Source: an uncultured delta proteobacterium (lineage in GTDB: Bacteria; Desulfobacterota; WTBG01; CAIYCZ01; CAIRTM01). From it: a stretch of 64,000 nucleotides of DNA. The translations under genes were made by a program, and so were the position numbers. The stretch covers positions 192,001 through 256,000 of the forward strand of contig CAWDSQ010000005.1 in NCBI GenBank assembly GCA_963804955.1. The letters are read 5' to 3'. Numbering within the stretch: position 1 is the stretch's first letter; each line of letters opens with the position of its first letter. Positions 30,610 to 42,633 of the stretch are shown here, piece after piece. The notes beneath the pieces were generated by a model that ran no database searches, was not told the DNA's origin, and saw nothing but the letters and a program-made list of their open reading frames with translations.

Positions 30610-30688
30610 TTTCATCCTGCACAATCAAATTTGAAGGACTGTCCGGGGCAAGTTAGGTAGAGCCCATTATGCAGAATAGTGATTCTGC

Positions 30689-31301
30689 CTATATCGACGC
30701 GCCCTCAAGCCGCAGCAGCGATTTTTTGAGCTCGATTCCCTGGACAGCGGAAAAACCGCCCAGGCCCCCGTCTTCCCTGATTACCCGGTGGCAGGGAATG
30801 ATGATGGGAAAAGGGTTGCGTCCAAGGGCAGACCCCGACTGCGCGCATGGCCCGGGGGCTCCCGATTGCCTGAGCAAGCCAGCCATAGGTTCTCACCTGA
30901 CCGTAGGCAATGGCGGATGCCGCCTGCCAGACCTTTCTTTGAAACGCAGTTGCCGGGGCAAGATCAAGGGGGCAGTCAAAACAGGGCCCTTCCCCATTAA
31001 AATATTTTTGCAATTCCAGAACCGTTTCTTGGAAGCCGGTTTCCCCGCAGCTCATGCCGGGAAATTGTGCTGCCATGCGGTCAAGCAGGCCGTCACGGTC
31101 CGGCTCGGGCAGATAGATTCTTTGCAGGCCCGCAGCTCCCCCGACAATGCCGCCCCAGCCAAAGGGGGTCAAAAAGCAGCATGCTGTAGAGTTAGTTATA
31201 GCGGGCAGAATGTTGTATACTGATCTTTGTCTGTGTTGCCGGTTTTCAGCATAGGTGTGCCTGAAAAAGAACCAATTGCTGCGATAATAAACTATTGACA
31301 A
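30689..31301 (-). CDS. ogt: Methylated-DNA-protein cysteine methyltransferase (frameshifted; start uncertain)
   Basis: TAFQRKVW..IAYGQVRTYG and NPFPIIIPCHRVI motifs. Confidence 0.88.
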
Positions 31302-31323
31302 CAGGCTTAATTTTCACTATTAT
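31295..31323 (+). promoter_or_regulatory. Sigma70 promoter of rpsT
   Basis: TTGACA-17-TATTAT. Confidence 0.7.
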
Positions 31324-31378
31324 GTTCAATTCTCAAATATAAAAAAGGTAATTACTATTTTACAAAAGGAGTCTTTCA

Positions 31379-31651
31379 TTGGCAAATCACAAATCAGCTC
31401 TCAAGCGTCATCGTCAGAGTCTTGAAAACCGGGAGCGTAACCGTGCGACACGATCACGCATGAAAACCGCTGTCAAGGCCGTCACCCAGGCCGTTGAAAC
31501 CAAGGATGCCAATGCCGCAGCCGTTCTGAGCAGCGCTGTTTCCGTTGTGGCAAAGTCGGCATCCAAAGGGCTTATTCATAAAAACACCGCAGCCCGCAAA
31601 ATTTCCCGACTCACGAAACGCACCAACGCCGCGCTTCAGGCAAAAGCCTAA
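31379..31651 (+). CDS. rpsT: 30S ribosomal protein S20 (TTG start)
   Basis: ANHKSALKR...IHKNTAARKISRL motif. Confidence 0.98.
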   Translation: MANHKSALKRHRQSLENRERNRATRSRMKTAVKAVTQAVETKDANAAAVLSSAVSVVAKSASKGLIHKNTAARKISRLTKRTNAALQAKA

Positions 31652-32652
31652 GCACGCAATTCCGTCAGCCGCAGCAGCAGCCGCTCAAGCACAATGCGGG
31701 CATCGGCCCTGCTTGACTTGGTCAGGCTGCTTGCCTCGAAAATTTCTTCAAAGATTCTACCCAGACGTTCAGCAGGCCAGCCTCTGGCCTGCTGCAGCAC
31801 TCCTTTTACAACGAATTCCGGCAGCCGCAGCCGCTGGCCGATACGGGACGAGGATTCATTCTGATTGAGCATCAGCCGGGCGGTGCCGATCAGCCTGAAC
31901 TGCCGGGCGATCATTTTCAGTACAACCAGCGGATGCACCCCTGAACCCAGAATGCCTCCGAGCAGCTCCAGGGACTGCTCAAGCCGGCCCTGCCCCACGG
32001 CGTCGACCAGATTGAATATCGTGCCTCTGCCTCCGCCGCAGACCACCTCATCGACATCTGCAGCTTCAACAGCTGTGCGCTCTCCGCAGTACAGAGCAAG
32101 CTTTTCAACTTCACCTGCAATGACCTGTGCGTTTTCTCCAAGAATTGCGCCGCAATAGGCCAGAGCGTCCGGGGCAATGGTTTTGCCGTAGCGCGCAAGC
32201 TGCGCTTTCACGAACTGAGCTATCTGCCTGTCGCCTTTGGGGTTCTGAAAAGCCAGGGCAGGGCCGAATTTTTTAAGCGCCTCAAGCCGTGTTTTATCCT
32301 TTTTTTCATCAAGCAGCAGCATGAAGACCAGGCAGCATGATTCCAGGGGCTTTTTAAGATAGGTCTTGAGCTGGTCCCACTGGGGCGCCTTGAAATGGTG
32401 CGCCTGCCGCACAATGACAAGTTTTTTGCGGGAGAAGAATGATATGGTGCGCACGGCCTGCAGTATATCGCCCGGTCCCTGGCTCTGCGCGTTCAACTGC
32501 CTGATATCCAGCTCCGCAGCACCCCCGGGGAAAAGAGCTGCCGTAACCAGCCGTATCGCTTCTTCCAGAGCAGGCTCATTGTCACCGTAAAAAAAATAAA
32601 GGGGAGCGACAACTCCCCCTGCAAGGCTTTTTTTCAGGTCGTCGATGGCCAT
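31648..32652 (-). CDS. holA: DNA polymerase III delta subunit
   Basis: LYFFYGD, EVEKLALY and IFNLVDA motifs; leuS-lptE-holA synteny. Confidence 0.93.
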   Translation of the reverse strand: MAIDDLKKSLAGGVVAPLYFFYGDNEPALEEAIRLVTAALFPGGAAELDIRQLNAQSQGPGDILQAVRTISFFSRKKLVIVRQAHHFKAPQWDQLKTYLKKPLESCCLVFMLLLDEKKDKTRLEALKKFGPALAFQNPKGDRQIAQFVKAQLARYGKTIAPDALAYCGAILGENAQVIAGEVEKLALYCGERTAVEAADVDEVVCGGGRGTIFNLVDAVGQGRLEQSLELLGGILGSGVHPLVVLKMIARQFRLIGTARLMLNQNESSSRIGQRLRLPEFVVKGVLQQARGWPAERLGRIFEEIFEASSLTKSSRADARIVLERLLLRLTELRA

Positions 32653-33186
32653 TTAAAAACCCATCATCATGCTGTCATGCGCCCGCTCGGCAAGGTCTTT
32701 GGCTATTTTTTGCAACGCCATGCGCTTGGATGCTTCAGATGCCTGAATGTCTTTGGTCAAAATAGGATAATCTTCGCCATGGCGCATGCCTTTACGCTTC
32801 CAGAGAACTTTGCCCGTTGTGCGCTCCTCAAGCTGCAGGTCCACAACCATCTGAAGAATATTATCAATAGACTTATCATTTTCGTTATAGGCTATAGACT
32901 CCTCCCTGAGGCTGCGCACCGTGCCGTACAGAATCACATCCGCCTCGTTCGCGCCAACCATCTGCAGCTTGCGGGTTGCGATAAATTCATTCATGAAAGC
33001 ATTGGTGAAAATCTTTTCCGCTTCCGGCTCGAATGTTTTATTTTTGAAATACGGTATTGCCATCGTGTGCACATTGGCAAGCAGCGGGTTGTTGAGCTGC
33101 GCCCGGTGATAGCCGCAGCCGGCGGCTATCATGCTTACAAGACCGATAAAAAAGAAAATGCTGATTTTTTTCACATCACACCTCAC
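32653..33186 (-). CDS. lptE: LPS assembly lipoprotein LptE
   Basis: AAGCGY lipobox; position between leuS and holA. Confidence 0.85.
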   Translation of the reverse strand: MRCDVKKISIFFFIGLVSMIAAGCGYHRAQLNNPLLANVHTMAIPYFKNKTFEPEAEKIFTNAFMNEFIATRKLQMVGANEADVILYGTVRSLREESIAYNENDKSIDNILQMVVDLQLEERTTGKVLWKRKGMRHGEDYPILTKDIQASEASKRMALQKIAKDLAERAHDSMMMGF

Positions 33187-33221
33187 TTGCAGCTTTTAAA
33201 GAATTACGGTTCTTGAGAAAA

Positions 33222-33388
33222 GAAGCCAAAAAACAGAAGTCGGAATTCAGTAGTCAGAATTCAGAATAAATAGCTAAAGAGGCTCTGAATTCTGGGCAGG
33301 TTTAAAACCTGCCCCTACATGAATTTTTTAAATTTTGAATCTGCTTTCCTTCTGGCTTCTGACTCCTGAATTCTGCCTTCTGGTTTTA
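33222..33388. repeat. Inverted heptamer-repeat element with an internal REP-like hairpin
   Basis: CAGAAGT/CAGAATT/CAGTAGT runs on the left, TTCTGGC/TTCTGAC/TCCTGAA on the right, and GGCAGGTTTAAAACCTGCC inside. Confidence 0.7.
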
Positions 33389-33397
33389 TGCTCCGCA

Positions 33398-35983
33398 TTA
33401 CTTTACGACAATGCTGACCAGTTTTCCCGGTACAACAATAACTTTTTTGATCTCTTTGCCGCTCACCCACGGTGCAACCTGCTCGCAGGCAAGGGCCTGC
33501 TGCTTGACGCTTTCCTCCGGGTCATCGGCTCCGGTTATGATTTTGCCGCGCAGCTTCCCATTGATCTGAATGACAATCTCAACCTCATCTTCTCTGGCAA
33601 CCTCAGGATCAAAGTCCGGCCATGGGGTATGCATGATGTTCGCCTGACCGCCCAGCATGCCCCAGAGCTCTTCGCACATATGGGGCACCATGGGAGCCAG
33701 CAGCAGCACCACGGCCTGCACAGCCTCTTTGAAAGCGAAGGCTGCGGGCGGGATCAGCGCCCTGCTTAAGATCATACTGATAGAGATGGTTCAAAAGCTC
33801 CATAACGGCGCTGATGGCGGTGTTGAAATGGAAACGCTTGTCGATGTCATCGGTCACCTTGCGGATGGTCTGATGGGTTTTGCGCCGCAGGGCCTTCACC
33901 TCGGCATCGGGAGCAAAGCCCGCCGGGCATGATGCATGTTGCCTGATAGTGTCCAGATTGTCAGCGGCTATGCGCCACACGCGCTGCAGAAAACGGAATG
34001 AGCCTTCAACGCCTTTATCGCTCCAGGCAAGGTCCATCTCCGGCGGGGCGGCAAACAGGCAGAAAAGCCGGGCCGTGTCAGCTCCGTATGTGCCGATCAG
34101 CAGCTCGGGATCGACAACGTTTTTGCACGATTTTGACATTTTCTCAATGCGGCCCACCTGCGCAGAGCCCCCGCATTTTTTGCAGGCGCCGTTTTCAGCC
34201 TCTTCGGGAAACAGCCAGCCGCACTTTTCGCAGCGGTAGGTTTCCATGCAGACCATGCCCTGCGTGAGCAGGTTGACAAAAGGCTCGTCGACATTCACGA
34301 GTCCGAAATCCCGCAGCACTTTCGTGTAAAAACGGGAGTACAGCAAATGCAGCACGGCATGCTCGATGCCGCCGATATACTGATCAACGGGCATCCAGTA
34401 GTTGACCCGTTTTTTGTCCAGCATGCCCGTGTCAAAGTCAGAGCAGGTATAGCGGGCAAAATACCATGAGGACTCCACAAAGGTATCCATCGTGTCGGTT
34501 TCGCGGCGGGCAGGTTTGCCGCATATCGGGCAGGCCACATTCACGAAATCCGGCACATCCGAAAGAGGGGAGCGGCCCAGCACCTCAAGCGAGACCTTCT
34601 CCGGCAGCAGCACGGGCAAATCTTTTTCAGGCACCGGCACCGTGCCGCAGCCATCGCAGTAAATCATGGGAATGGGCGCGCCCCAGTAGCGCTGGCGCGA
34701 AATGCCCCAGTCCTTGAGCCGGTAATTAATCGGCCTTTTTACCGATATTTTTTTCGGCAAGCGAATCGGTGATGGCGGCCTTGGCAGCTTCATTGGGCAT
34801 GCCGTCGAAGGGGCCGGAATTGGCCATGATGCCCGGATCAACATAGGCGCAGTCCATGGCCGCAGGAGCAAGCTGCCTGCCCCTCGGGCTGGATCACCAC
34901 CTTGATCTCAAGGCCGTATTTTTTTGCAAAGTCAAAATCGCGCTGGTCATGGGCAGGCACGGCCATGACAGCTCCCGTGCCATAGTCCATAAGCACGAAG
35001 TTGGCGACATACACGGGCATGCGGTAGCCGGTCACGGGGTTTATGCAGTGGCTGCCGGTGAAGACGCCCTCTTTTTCAAGGTCATCGGAGCAGCGCACGA
35101 TTTTGTCCTGCTTCAGCGTCTTCTCAATGAAGGCTTTTACCGCTGCCGCCTGCGGCGTATCCTGTGAAAGGCTTATGGCAAGGGGGTTTTCCGGCGCTAT
35201 GCTCATGAATGTGGCGCCGTAAAGCGTGTCGGGCCGCGTGGTGAAAACGGTTATTTTTTTGCCGGTGTTTTCAATCGGGAAGTCGATTTCCGAGCCGTAG
35301 CTGCGGCCGATCCAGTTGCGCTGCATGGCAACGACCCTGTCGGGCCAGCCGGTGAGCTTATCAAGGCTGTCCAGCAGCTCATCGGCATACTGCGTGATGC
35401 GGAAAAACCACTGCTCAAGCTCCTTCTGCTGCACCGGGCTTTTGCAGCGCCAGCACTGGCCGCCCTCGACCTGCTCATTTGCCAGCACGGTCTGGCATGA
35501 GTCGCACCAGTTTACCTGTGACTTCCTGCGGTAGGCCAGGCCCTTCTCCCACATTTTGATGAACAGCTGCTGCTCCCATCTGTAATAGCCGGGTGAGCAG
35601 GTGGCAAGCTCGCGGTCCCAGTCATAGCTGAAGCCGAGGCGCTTGAGCTGAACCTTCATCGCTTCGATATTAGCATAGGTCCAGGCTGCCGGATGGGTCT
35701 TGTTGCTGATGGCGGCGTTTTCAGCGGGCATGCCGAAAGCGTCCCAGCCCATGGGGTGCAGGACATTGTAGCCGCGCATCATCTTGTAGCGGGCCACCAC
35801 ATCGCCTATCGTGTAGTTGCGCACATGGCCCATGTGAATGCGGCCTGAAGGGTAGGGGAACATTTCGAGCAGATAATATTTTTCTTTGCCGGCATCCTCG
35901 CCGACCTTGAACGTCTTTGTGTCGTCCCAGTATTTCTGCCATTTTTCCTCGATGGCATGAGGGGTGTAAGGTGTCGTGTCCAT
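33398..35983 (-). CDS. leuS: Leucyl-tRNA synthetase (several frameshifts, likely sequencing errors)
   Basis: [27 protein letters not shown] and QINGKLR motifs. Confidence 0.97.
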
Positions 35984-36227
35984 GCTCTGCGTGCCTGAGA
36001 ATAAAAAATTCAACTGTTTGAGAATGCTTTAATTTTTGATTTTTAACACAGTTTAGCGGGGGTGGCAAGACAAACTGTCCGGCCCGCTGCAGCCCATGTC
36101 GAAAACCGCCAGTTTTGCTTTGCCGGAGAAAACTTTTTGTCGTATAGTGTGTTTTAAAAAATATAGTTGTTGCGTGATTTCCAGACAATAAAAAAATCAT
36201 ATATAATTATTAAAAGGAGGGAGTTTT

Positions 36228-36658
36228 ATGAACACAAAAAAACTGGTCTGGTGCTGTGCCGCTGTTTGCCCTGCTGATGCTGTCGGGGTGTAAGCCTTTT
36301 TATCAAAAAATGATAGAAGGCGAATGGAAGGTTGATACATATTATAAAAACGGCAGTGACGATACTACGGAATTTCTCCTGCTGTTCGGCGATTATACCA
36401 TTACCTTCTATTCCAACGGTGACTTTGTCGAGGAATATCTTGCTCTCAACATACTTCCGACCACCAATACCGGCACCTGGGTAATAGAGAAGAAACCGGA
36501 AGGGAAGTTGGGAGAATTTCAGCTGCGGCTGACCGATGACAGCCAGGTTAGAACTTTTGATATCAAAAAGATCTCGAAGGATACGATCAATATTTACCGG
36601 CCATCTTGGCGAAGGAGACGATGAAGAGTTTTTCCTTGAGCCGGTGCCGGAGACATAG
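36228..36658 (+). CDS. Lipocalin-like lipoprotein (frameshifted)
   Basis: AGGAGG RBS; LSGC lipobox; IEGEW...GTW motif. Confidence 0.65.
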
Positions 36659-36718
36659 GCAAAGCAGACTGGTTCGGAGCGAACCGGGCCCGTAAGATTC
36701 ATGCTGGCTTGCAGATAG

Positions 36719-36760
36719 AAGCGGCGCCTGAAGGTATACCCTTCAGGCGCCGCTTTTTTT
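36719..36760. terminator. Bidirectional terminator
   Basis: AAGCGGCGCCTGAAGG..CCTTCAGGCGCCGCTTTTTT. Confidence 0.85.
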
Positions 36761-37815
36761 AAATGTTGTCAGACCTTTTAATGCGCCGTGGGCGCAAGCG
36801 AACCGGTCGGCGGCCTCGGCAAAGCGGGCAACCGTTTGTCATCATGGCGGCGAATTTGTCGGGCTTCAGCGACTGTATGCCGTCGCTGACCGCATGCTCG
36901 GGATTGGGGTGCACTTCGATGAGCAGGCCGTCGGCCCCTGCGGCAATGGCTGCATAGGACATGGGCGCAACGAGCTTCCAGTGGCCGGTGCCGTGGCTCG
37001 GGTCGACAACCACGGGCAGATGCGTGCGGTGCCGCAGCAGGGGAACGCAGCTGAGATCAAGGGTGTTGCGCGTGGCTGTTTCAAAGGTGCGGATGCCGCG
37101 CTCGCAGAGTATGACCTTGCTGTTGCCGGCAGACAATATGTATTCGGCGGACATGAGGAATTCCTCAATGGTCGTCATCATGCCGCGCTTTAAAAGCACG
37201 GGCTTGTCGATTTTGCCGAGCTCCTTGAGCAGGGCAAAATTCTGCACATTGCGCGCCCCCACCTGCAGCACATCGGCATACTTGCAGATAATGTCAATGT
37301 CCGAAGCTTTCATCACCTCGGTCACGATGGGCAGCCCGGTTTCGTCGCGGGCATTGCGCAATAAGAATCAGCCCTTCCTCTTCCATGCCCTGGAAGCTGT
37401 AGGGCGATGTGCGGGGCTTGAACGCCCCTCCGCGCAGCATGGTCGCCCCCGCAGCCTTCACGGCTTTGGCCGTCTCGATGAGCTGCTCCTCGCTTTCAAC
37501 CGCGCAGGGGCCGGCGATCACCACCACATCCCGGCCGCCCACACTGGTGCCGTTGCGGACCGGTATGACGGTCTTCTCGGGCTTGACCTCAAGGCTTGCA
37601 AGCTTGTAGGGCTGAAGAATCGGCATGACATTCTCCACGCCCGGCATGTTCTCCATGGCCTGCAGCTTTTCCTTGCCGCGGCTGCTCCCGACAGCGCCGA
37701 TCACGGTGCGCTCCGTGCCCTGAATGACATGGGCGTGGAACCCCAGCTCCTTGACCATGTCAACCACCTCCTGAAACTGCTGCTGCGTTATGTCTTTCTT
37801 TAAAACGATAATCAT
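36759..37815 (-). CDS. aroF: DAHP synthase, type I-beta with N-terminal ACT-like domain (frameshifted)
   Basis: [38 protein letters not shown] and DPSHGTG motifs. Confidence 0.95.
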
Positions 37816-37848
37816 TGTCTTTGCCTCCTGTGCGCATTAATAATAAAT

Positions 37849-37884
37849 AAAAAAAGAGCCATGGATGGATATCCATGGCTCTTT
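37849..37884 (-). terminator. Attenuator terminator upstream of aroF
   Basis: Minus strand reads AAAGAGCCATGGA-loop-TCCATGGCTCTTTTTTT. Confidence 0.85.
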
Positions 37885-37952
37885 GAAATGTGCGCTTATT
37901 TAAATGGCCATGGACACCGCTTTGCTCTGCCCATGACCCTGATACAGCTGTA

Positions 37953-38024
37953 TCAGGCCCCACCGGCAGAGGGGCTAAAATTAAAATAAAACCAGAAAAA
38001 GCGGGTGATGGAAGACTGTCTCAT
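37953..38024 (-). CDS. Aromatic-amino-acid leader peptide [23 protein letters not shown]
   Basis: 23-aa ORF translated by hand, with an AAGG RBS; 7 of 8 consecutive codons are Phe/Trp/Tyr. Confidence 0.88.
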   Translation of the reverse strand: MRQSSITRFFWFYFNFSPSAGGA

Positions 38025-38085
38025 GACCTTGTTGTATGCTGCTAAAATGTTTGCAATGTTTTTTATGAACCTAATTTGTACCTTC

Positions 38086-38113
38086 ATTATAAATCAACCT
38101 GCTTTTTTGTCAA
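38086..38113 (-). promoter_or_regulatory. Sigma70 promoter for the leader-aroF transcript
   Basis: Minus strand TTGACA-16-TATAAT. Confidence 0.65.
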
Positions 38114-38194
38114 GCAAATTCAATATCACAAGCTTTTTCTTGTACTTTACGGGCTCGTATGGTAATTTTTTTTATTCTCAAAGGTGCTTTTGCC

Positions 38195-38250
38195 GTAGGG
38201 TGGGCTGCGCCCACCAAATAATTACTATCGGTGGGCGCAGCCCACCCTGC
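38195..38250. repeat. REP pair (GTAGGGTGGGC..GCCCACC type); single copies at ~12677-12697 and ~16014-16032
   Basis: GTAGGGTGGGCTGCGCCCACC ... GGTGGGCGCAGCCCACCCTGC. Confidence 0.8.
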
Positions 38251-38328
38251 ATGTATGTGCGCATTTTTTGCTTTATTACGAAAATAGCAGCATGTACGCT
38301 TTTAGTTTTCACTCAGCCGGAGGTAGTA

Positions 38329-41092
38329 ATGGACTATAAAAACACGATCAATCTGCCGCAGACCGATTTCCCCATGAAGGCAAGCCTTGCTCAGAATGAG
38401 CCGGGCCTGCTCAAGCGGTGGCAGGAGATGGGTCTGTACGACAGTATCAAGCAGGCCCATGCGGGCAGGCAAAAATTCATCCTGCATGACGGCCCGCCCT
38501 ATGCCAATGGCCATATTCATATCGGCACGGCCCTCAATAAGATACTGAAAGACATTATAATCAAGTCAAAAAACATGGCGGGCTTTTCCACCGTGTATGT
38601 GCCCGGCTGGGACTGCCACGGGCTGCCCATCGAGCTGAACGTGGAAAAAAAGCTCGGCAGGAAAAAAGAGGATTTGGAGAAAACCGAAATCCGCAAAAAC
38701 TGCCGCGAGTATGCCGCTGATTTCATAAATATCCAGCGCGAGGAGTTTAAGCGCCTGGGCGTGCTTGCCGAATGGGACAACCCCTATCTGACACTGACAA
38801 ACGGCTACAGCTCAACCATCGTGCGCGAGTTCGGTAAATTTGTCGCCTCGGGCGATGTGTATAAAAAGAAAAAACCCATACAGTGGTGCGCTTCATGCCA
38901 GACAGCCCTTGCCGAGGCCGAAGTTGAATATGAAGACCACAGCTCGCCATCCATCTATGTCAAATTTCCGCTCATCTCCGATATCGGGCAGACCGTGCCG
39001 GAGCTTGCAGGCCGGAACGCATCGGTGCTGATCTGGACCACCACGCCCTGGACGATACCGGCAAATCTTGCGATCTGCGTCAACCCCGACTACGACTATG
39101 TTGCAGTCAAGGCAGGAGAGGACATTCTGATTCTTGCCGAGGGGCTGCTGAATGCCACCATGCTCGACTGCGGCATTGAAGGGCACAGCGTGCTTGCCAA
39201 ATTTAACGGCGCCCTTCTTGAAGGCCTGAAATGCCGCCACCCCCTGTATGACCGTGAGTCGCAGCTGGTGCTTGGAGATCATGTCACCCTGGAAGCAGGC
39301 ACGGGCTGCGTCCACACGGCGCCCGGCCATGGCCAGGAAGACTATGAGGTTGGCCTGAAATACGGACTCGACGTGTATGCTCCGGTGAACAACAAAGGGT
39401 GCTTCACCAAAGAGGTTGAGGATTTTGCGGGCCAGTTCGTTTTTGCCGCCAATAAGCCCATCAACAAAAAGCTTGCCGACATCGGCGCGCTGGTGAAAGA
39501 GCGTGAAATAACGCATTCATATCCCCACTGCTGGCGCTGCAAGCAGCCGGTCATCTTTCGCGCCACCGAGCAGTGGTTTATTTCCATGGAAAAAAACGAC
39601 CTTCGCAAAAAAGCCCTTGCCTGCATTGAACAGACGCAGTGGATACCCCGCTGGGGCATCGACCGCATCAACGGCATGGTCATCAACCGGCCTGACTGGT
39701 GCCTGTCGCGCCAGCGCTCATGGGGCGTGCCCATCGTGGCCTTCTCCTGCAGGGAGTGCGGCCATCTGCTGGTGGATCAGAAAATCATCAACCACGTGGC
39801 AGACCTGTTTGAAAAAGAAGGCAGCGATATCTGGTTTGCCTGGAGCGAAGACAGGCTTCTGCCGCCGGGCACGGTCTGCCCGCAGTGCAGCTCGGCATCC
39901 CTTGCCCGGGAAAATGATATTCTGGACGTGTGGTTCGACTCGGGCGTAAGCCATGCGGCAGTGCTTGAGCGCAATCCGGAGCTCGGCAGCCCGGCTGATC
40001 TCTATCTTGAGGGCAGCGATCAGCACCGCGGCTGGTTCCAGAGCTCGCTGCTCACCTCGGTGGGAACCCGGGGCCGGGCGCCGTACAAAGCCGTGCTCAC
40101 CCACGGCTTTGTCATGGACGGCAAGGGCGAGAAGATGGCAAAATCAAAGGGCAATGTCGTGAGCCCCGATGAGGTCATCAAACAGTATGGCGCCGATGTT
40201 TTGCGCCTGTGGGTGGCATCGGAAAACTATCAGGAAGACATGCGCATTTCTCCCGACATACTCAAGCGCCTGTCTGAGGCATACCGCAAGATTCGCAACA
40301 CCTGCCGGTTTATGCTGGGGACCCTCAATGGCTTTGACCCGGCCGGTGATGCCGCACCCTATGCGCAGCTTGAAGAAATCGACAAGTGGGCGCTCTGCCG
40401 CTTTGCCGGGCTCGTGAAGCGCGTCACAAAGGCCTATGCCGACTATGAATTTCACGCCATTTACCACAGCGTTACCAATTTCTGCATCACCGACATGAGT
40501 TCCGTGTACCTCGACATACTCAAAGACCGGCTCTACTGCTCAGCCGCCGGCGACCCGCTGCGCAAAACCGCACAGACCACGCTGCATATCATACTCAAGG
40601 GCCTGCTGAGCCTGCTGTCTCCCATTCTTTCGTTCACCTCTGATGAGGCATGGCAGTTCATGCCCGGCAGCAATGAGAAAAGCGTGCATCTGGCGGCATT
40701 TCCCGAGGTGAAGCCGGAATATGAAAACAGCGCGCTTGCCGGCAAGTGGGACGTGCTGCTTGCCCTGCGGGACCGCGTGCTCAAACAGCTTGAAACAGCC
40801 CGCGCCAATAAGGAAATCGGCAATGCCCTTGAGGCCGCGGTGACGCTGTCTCTGCCGGGACAGCTGCACGCTTTTCTGCAGCCCTATAAAGACGGCCTTG
40901 CCGACATACTTTATCGTTTCCCAGCTTGAGCTGAAGCTTCAGGAAAACGCGGAGACGGATCTCATGAAATGCATTGAGGCAACAGGCATTGTCATTGGCC
41001 GGGCTCAAGGTGAAAAATGCCAGCGCTGCTGGAAATACTATACCGGCGGCCAGCCCGATGTCTGCCCGCGCTGCGCTGCGGCATTAAAGTAA
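38329..41092 (+). CDS. ileS: Isoleucyl-tRNA synthetase (frameshift near the 3' end)
   Basis: [30 protein letters not shown] and the C-terminal CQRCW..CPRC zinc finger. Confidence 0.97.
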
Positions 41093-41098
41093 AGCACT

Positions 41099-41609
41099 AT
41101 GCAGGCAAACATAAAATCATTTTTCATAATAGCGCTTATCGCCGCGGCGGTCATAGCCCTTGACCAGTACACCAAATATCTGATCTGCGCGAACCTCGGG
41201 CTGTACGGACGCATAGAGGTCATACCGGGCTATCTCGACATTATTCATATTCGCAACTCAGGCGTTGCCTTCGGCTTTTTAAAGGGCTTCGGCACCCAGT
41301 ATAAAACGCTGTCGCTTATCGGCGTTGCCGGGGTAGCCGTTTTTCTCCTGGGTTTTCTTATTTCGCAGGTCAGGCGCGAGCAGAAGCTGCAGGCTTTCAG
41401 CCTCGCGCTCATACTGGGCGGCGCCATCGGCAATATCATCGACCGGTTCCGCCTCGGCGAAGTGGTTGATTTCGTCGACGCGCACTGGCAGGGACATGTA
41501 TCACTGGCCGGCTTTCAATGTGGCCGATATGGCTATTTCCATAGGCATCGTGCTGCTGCTTACCGATGAGCTGCTGCTGCAGAGAATATCCAAAAAAAAT
41601 AACGGATAA
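41099..41609 (+). CDS. lspA: Lipoprotein signal peptidase (frameshift)
   Basis: DQYTK, NSGVAFG and GAIGNIIDR motifs; HWPAFNVAD lies in the next frame. Confidence 0.95.
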
Positions 41610-41655
41610 TTTCGGATTGCGGGCGTAAAACAGCTAATCCAAAATTCAAAATCAC

Positions 41656-42423
41656 ATGCATCCAATTCTTTTAGAAATCGGACCCCTTTCCATCAAGACC
41701 TACGGCTTCCTGATAGCCGTCGGTTTTCTTATCGGCATTGCCCTTGCCTCGCGCGAGGCAAAACGCATCGGCATCAACCAGCAGGCCGTGCTTGACCTGG
41801 CCTTCTATATCATCCTCGGGGCAATTATCGGCTCGCGGTTTTTTTACGTGATCACGCATCCGGAATATTTTCGCGAAAGCCTGCTTGACGCATTCAAGGT
41901 ATGGGAGGGCGGGCTTACCTTTTACGGCGGCTTTATCATGGCGAGTGCGATAGCCGTTTTCATGATAAAAAAGTACCGGCTTCCGGCATGCCAGACCCTT
42001 GACCTGTTCGCTCCGTCGCTTGCCGTAGGGATTCTGTTCGGCAGGCTGGGCTGCTTTTTTGCCGGCTGCTGCTACGGCGCACCCTGCAGCCTGCCCTGGG
42101 CAATCACCTTCACAAACCCTCAAAGCCTTGCCGAACTGAATGTGCCCCTGCACCCGACGCAGCTGTATGCTGCCGCAGGCTCTGCCGTTACGCTTGCAGT
42201 TCTTCTCTATTTGAAAAATCGCAAAACATTTCACGGCGAGCTGGCCCTTGTCTGGGTTATGCTGTATTCCGGCTTCAGGCTTTTTGAAGAGCTGTTCAGG
42301 GGGGGCGTGCGGGGTGATCTCGTATTCAACCGGTATCCGGCCTCGCAGGTGATGGCACTGGTGCTGCTGATAGTTGCAGCAGCCCTTTTTCCCGTGATGA
42401 AAAAAAGAAACCGCTGCTTGTGA
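41656..42423 (+). CDS. lgt: Prolipoprotein diacylglyceryl transferase
   Basis: WEGGLTFYGG, GRLGCFFAGCCYG and HPTQLY motifs. Confidence 0.96.
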   Translation: MHPILLEIGPLSIKTYGFLIAVGFLIGIALASREAKRIGINQQAVLDLAFYIILGAIIGSRFFYVITHPEYFRESLLDAFKVWEGGLTFYGGFIMASAIAVFMIKKYRLPACQTLDLFAPSLAVGILFGRLGCFFAGCCYGAPCSLPWAITFTNPQSLAELNVPLHPTQLYAAAGSAVTLAVLLYLKNRKTFHGELALVWVMLYSGFRLFEELFRGGVRGDLVFNRYPASQVMALVLLIVAAALFPVMKKRNRCL

Positions 42424-42633
42424 CAGTAAGGCTTTTCGCTCAGCCATTACGTACAGCGCCTCATAAACAAGAGGGCAGTATTTTATATAAAAAATATGCC
42501 TCTTTCATCCCTCTTTGAACAAGGGGGATAAGGGGGATTTATTGCAACCCGACAAATCCCCCTAACCCCCTTTGCTAAAGGGGGAATTTTTCCGCCCCCT
42601 CTTTTGCGGGGCTTTTGCCAGGCAAAATCGGTT

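Noticed and set aside
38005..38328. 108-aa N-terminal extension of IleS in the ORF track
   Set aside because: It spans promoter and REP sequence. The real start is at 38329 with a GGAGG RBS.
33398..41609. Programmed frameshifting or pseudogenisation of leuS, ileS and lspA
   Set aside because: Indels are scattered across many unrelated genes, so sequencing error is the simpler explanation.
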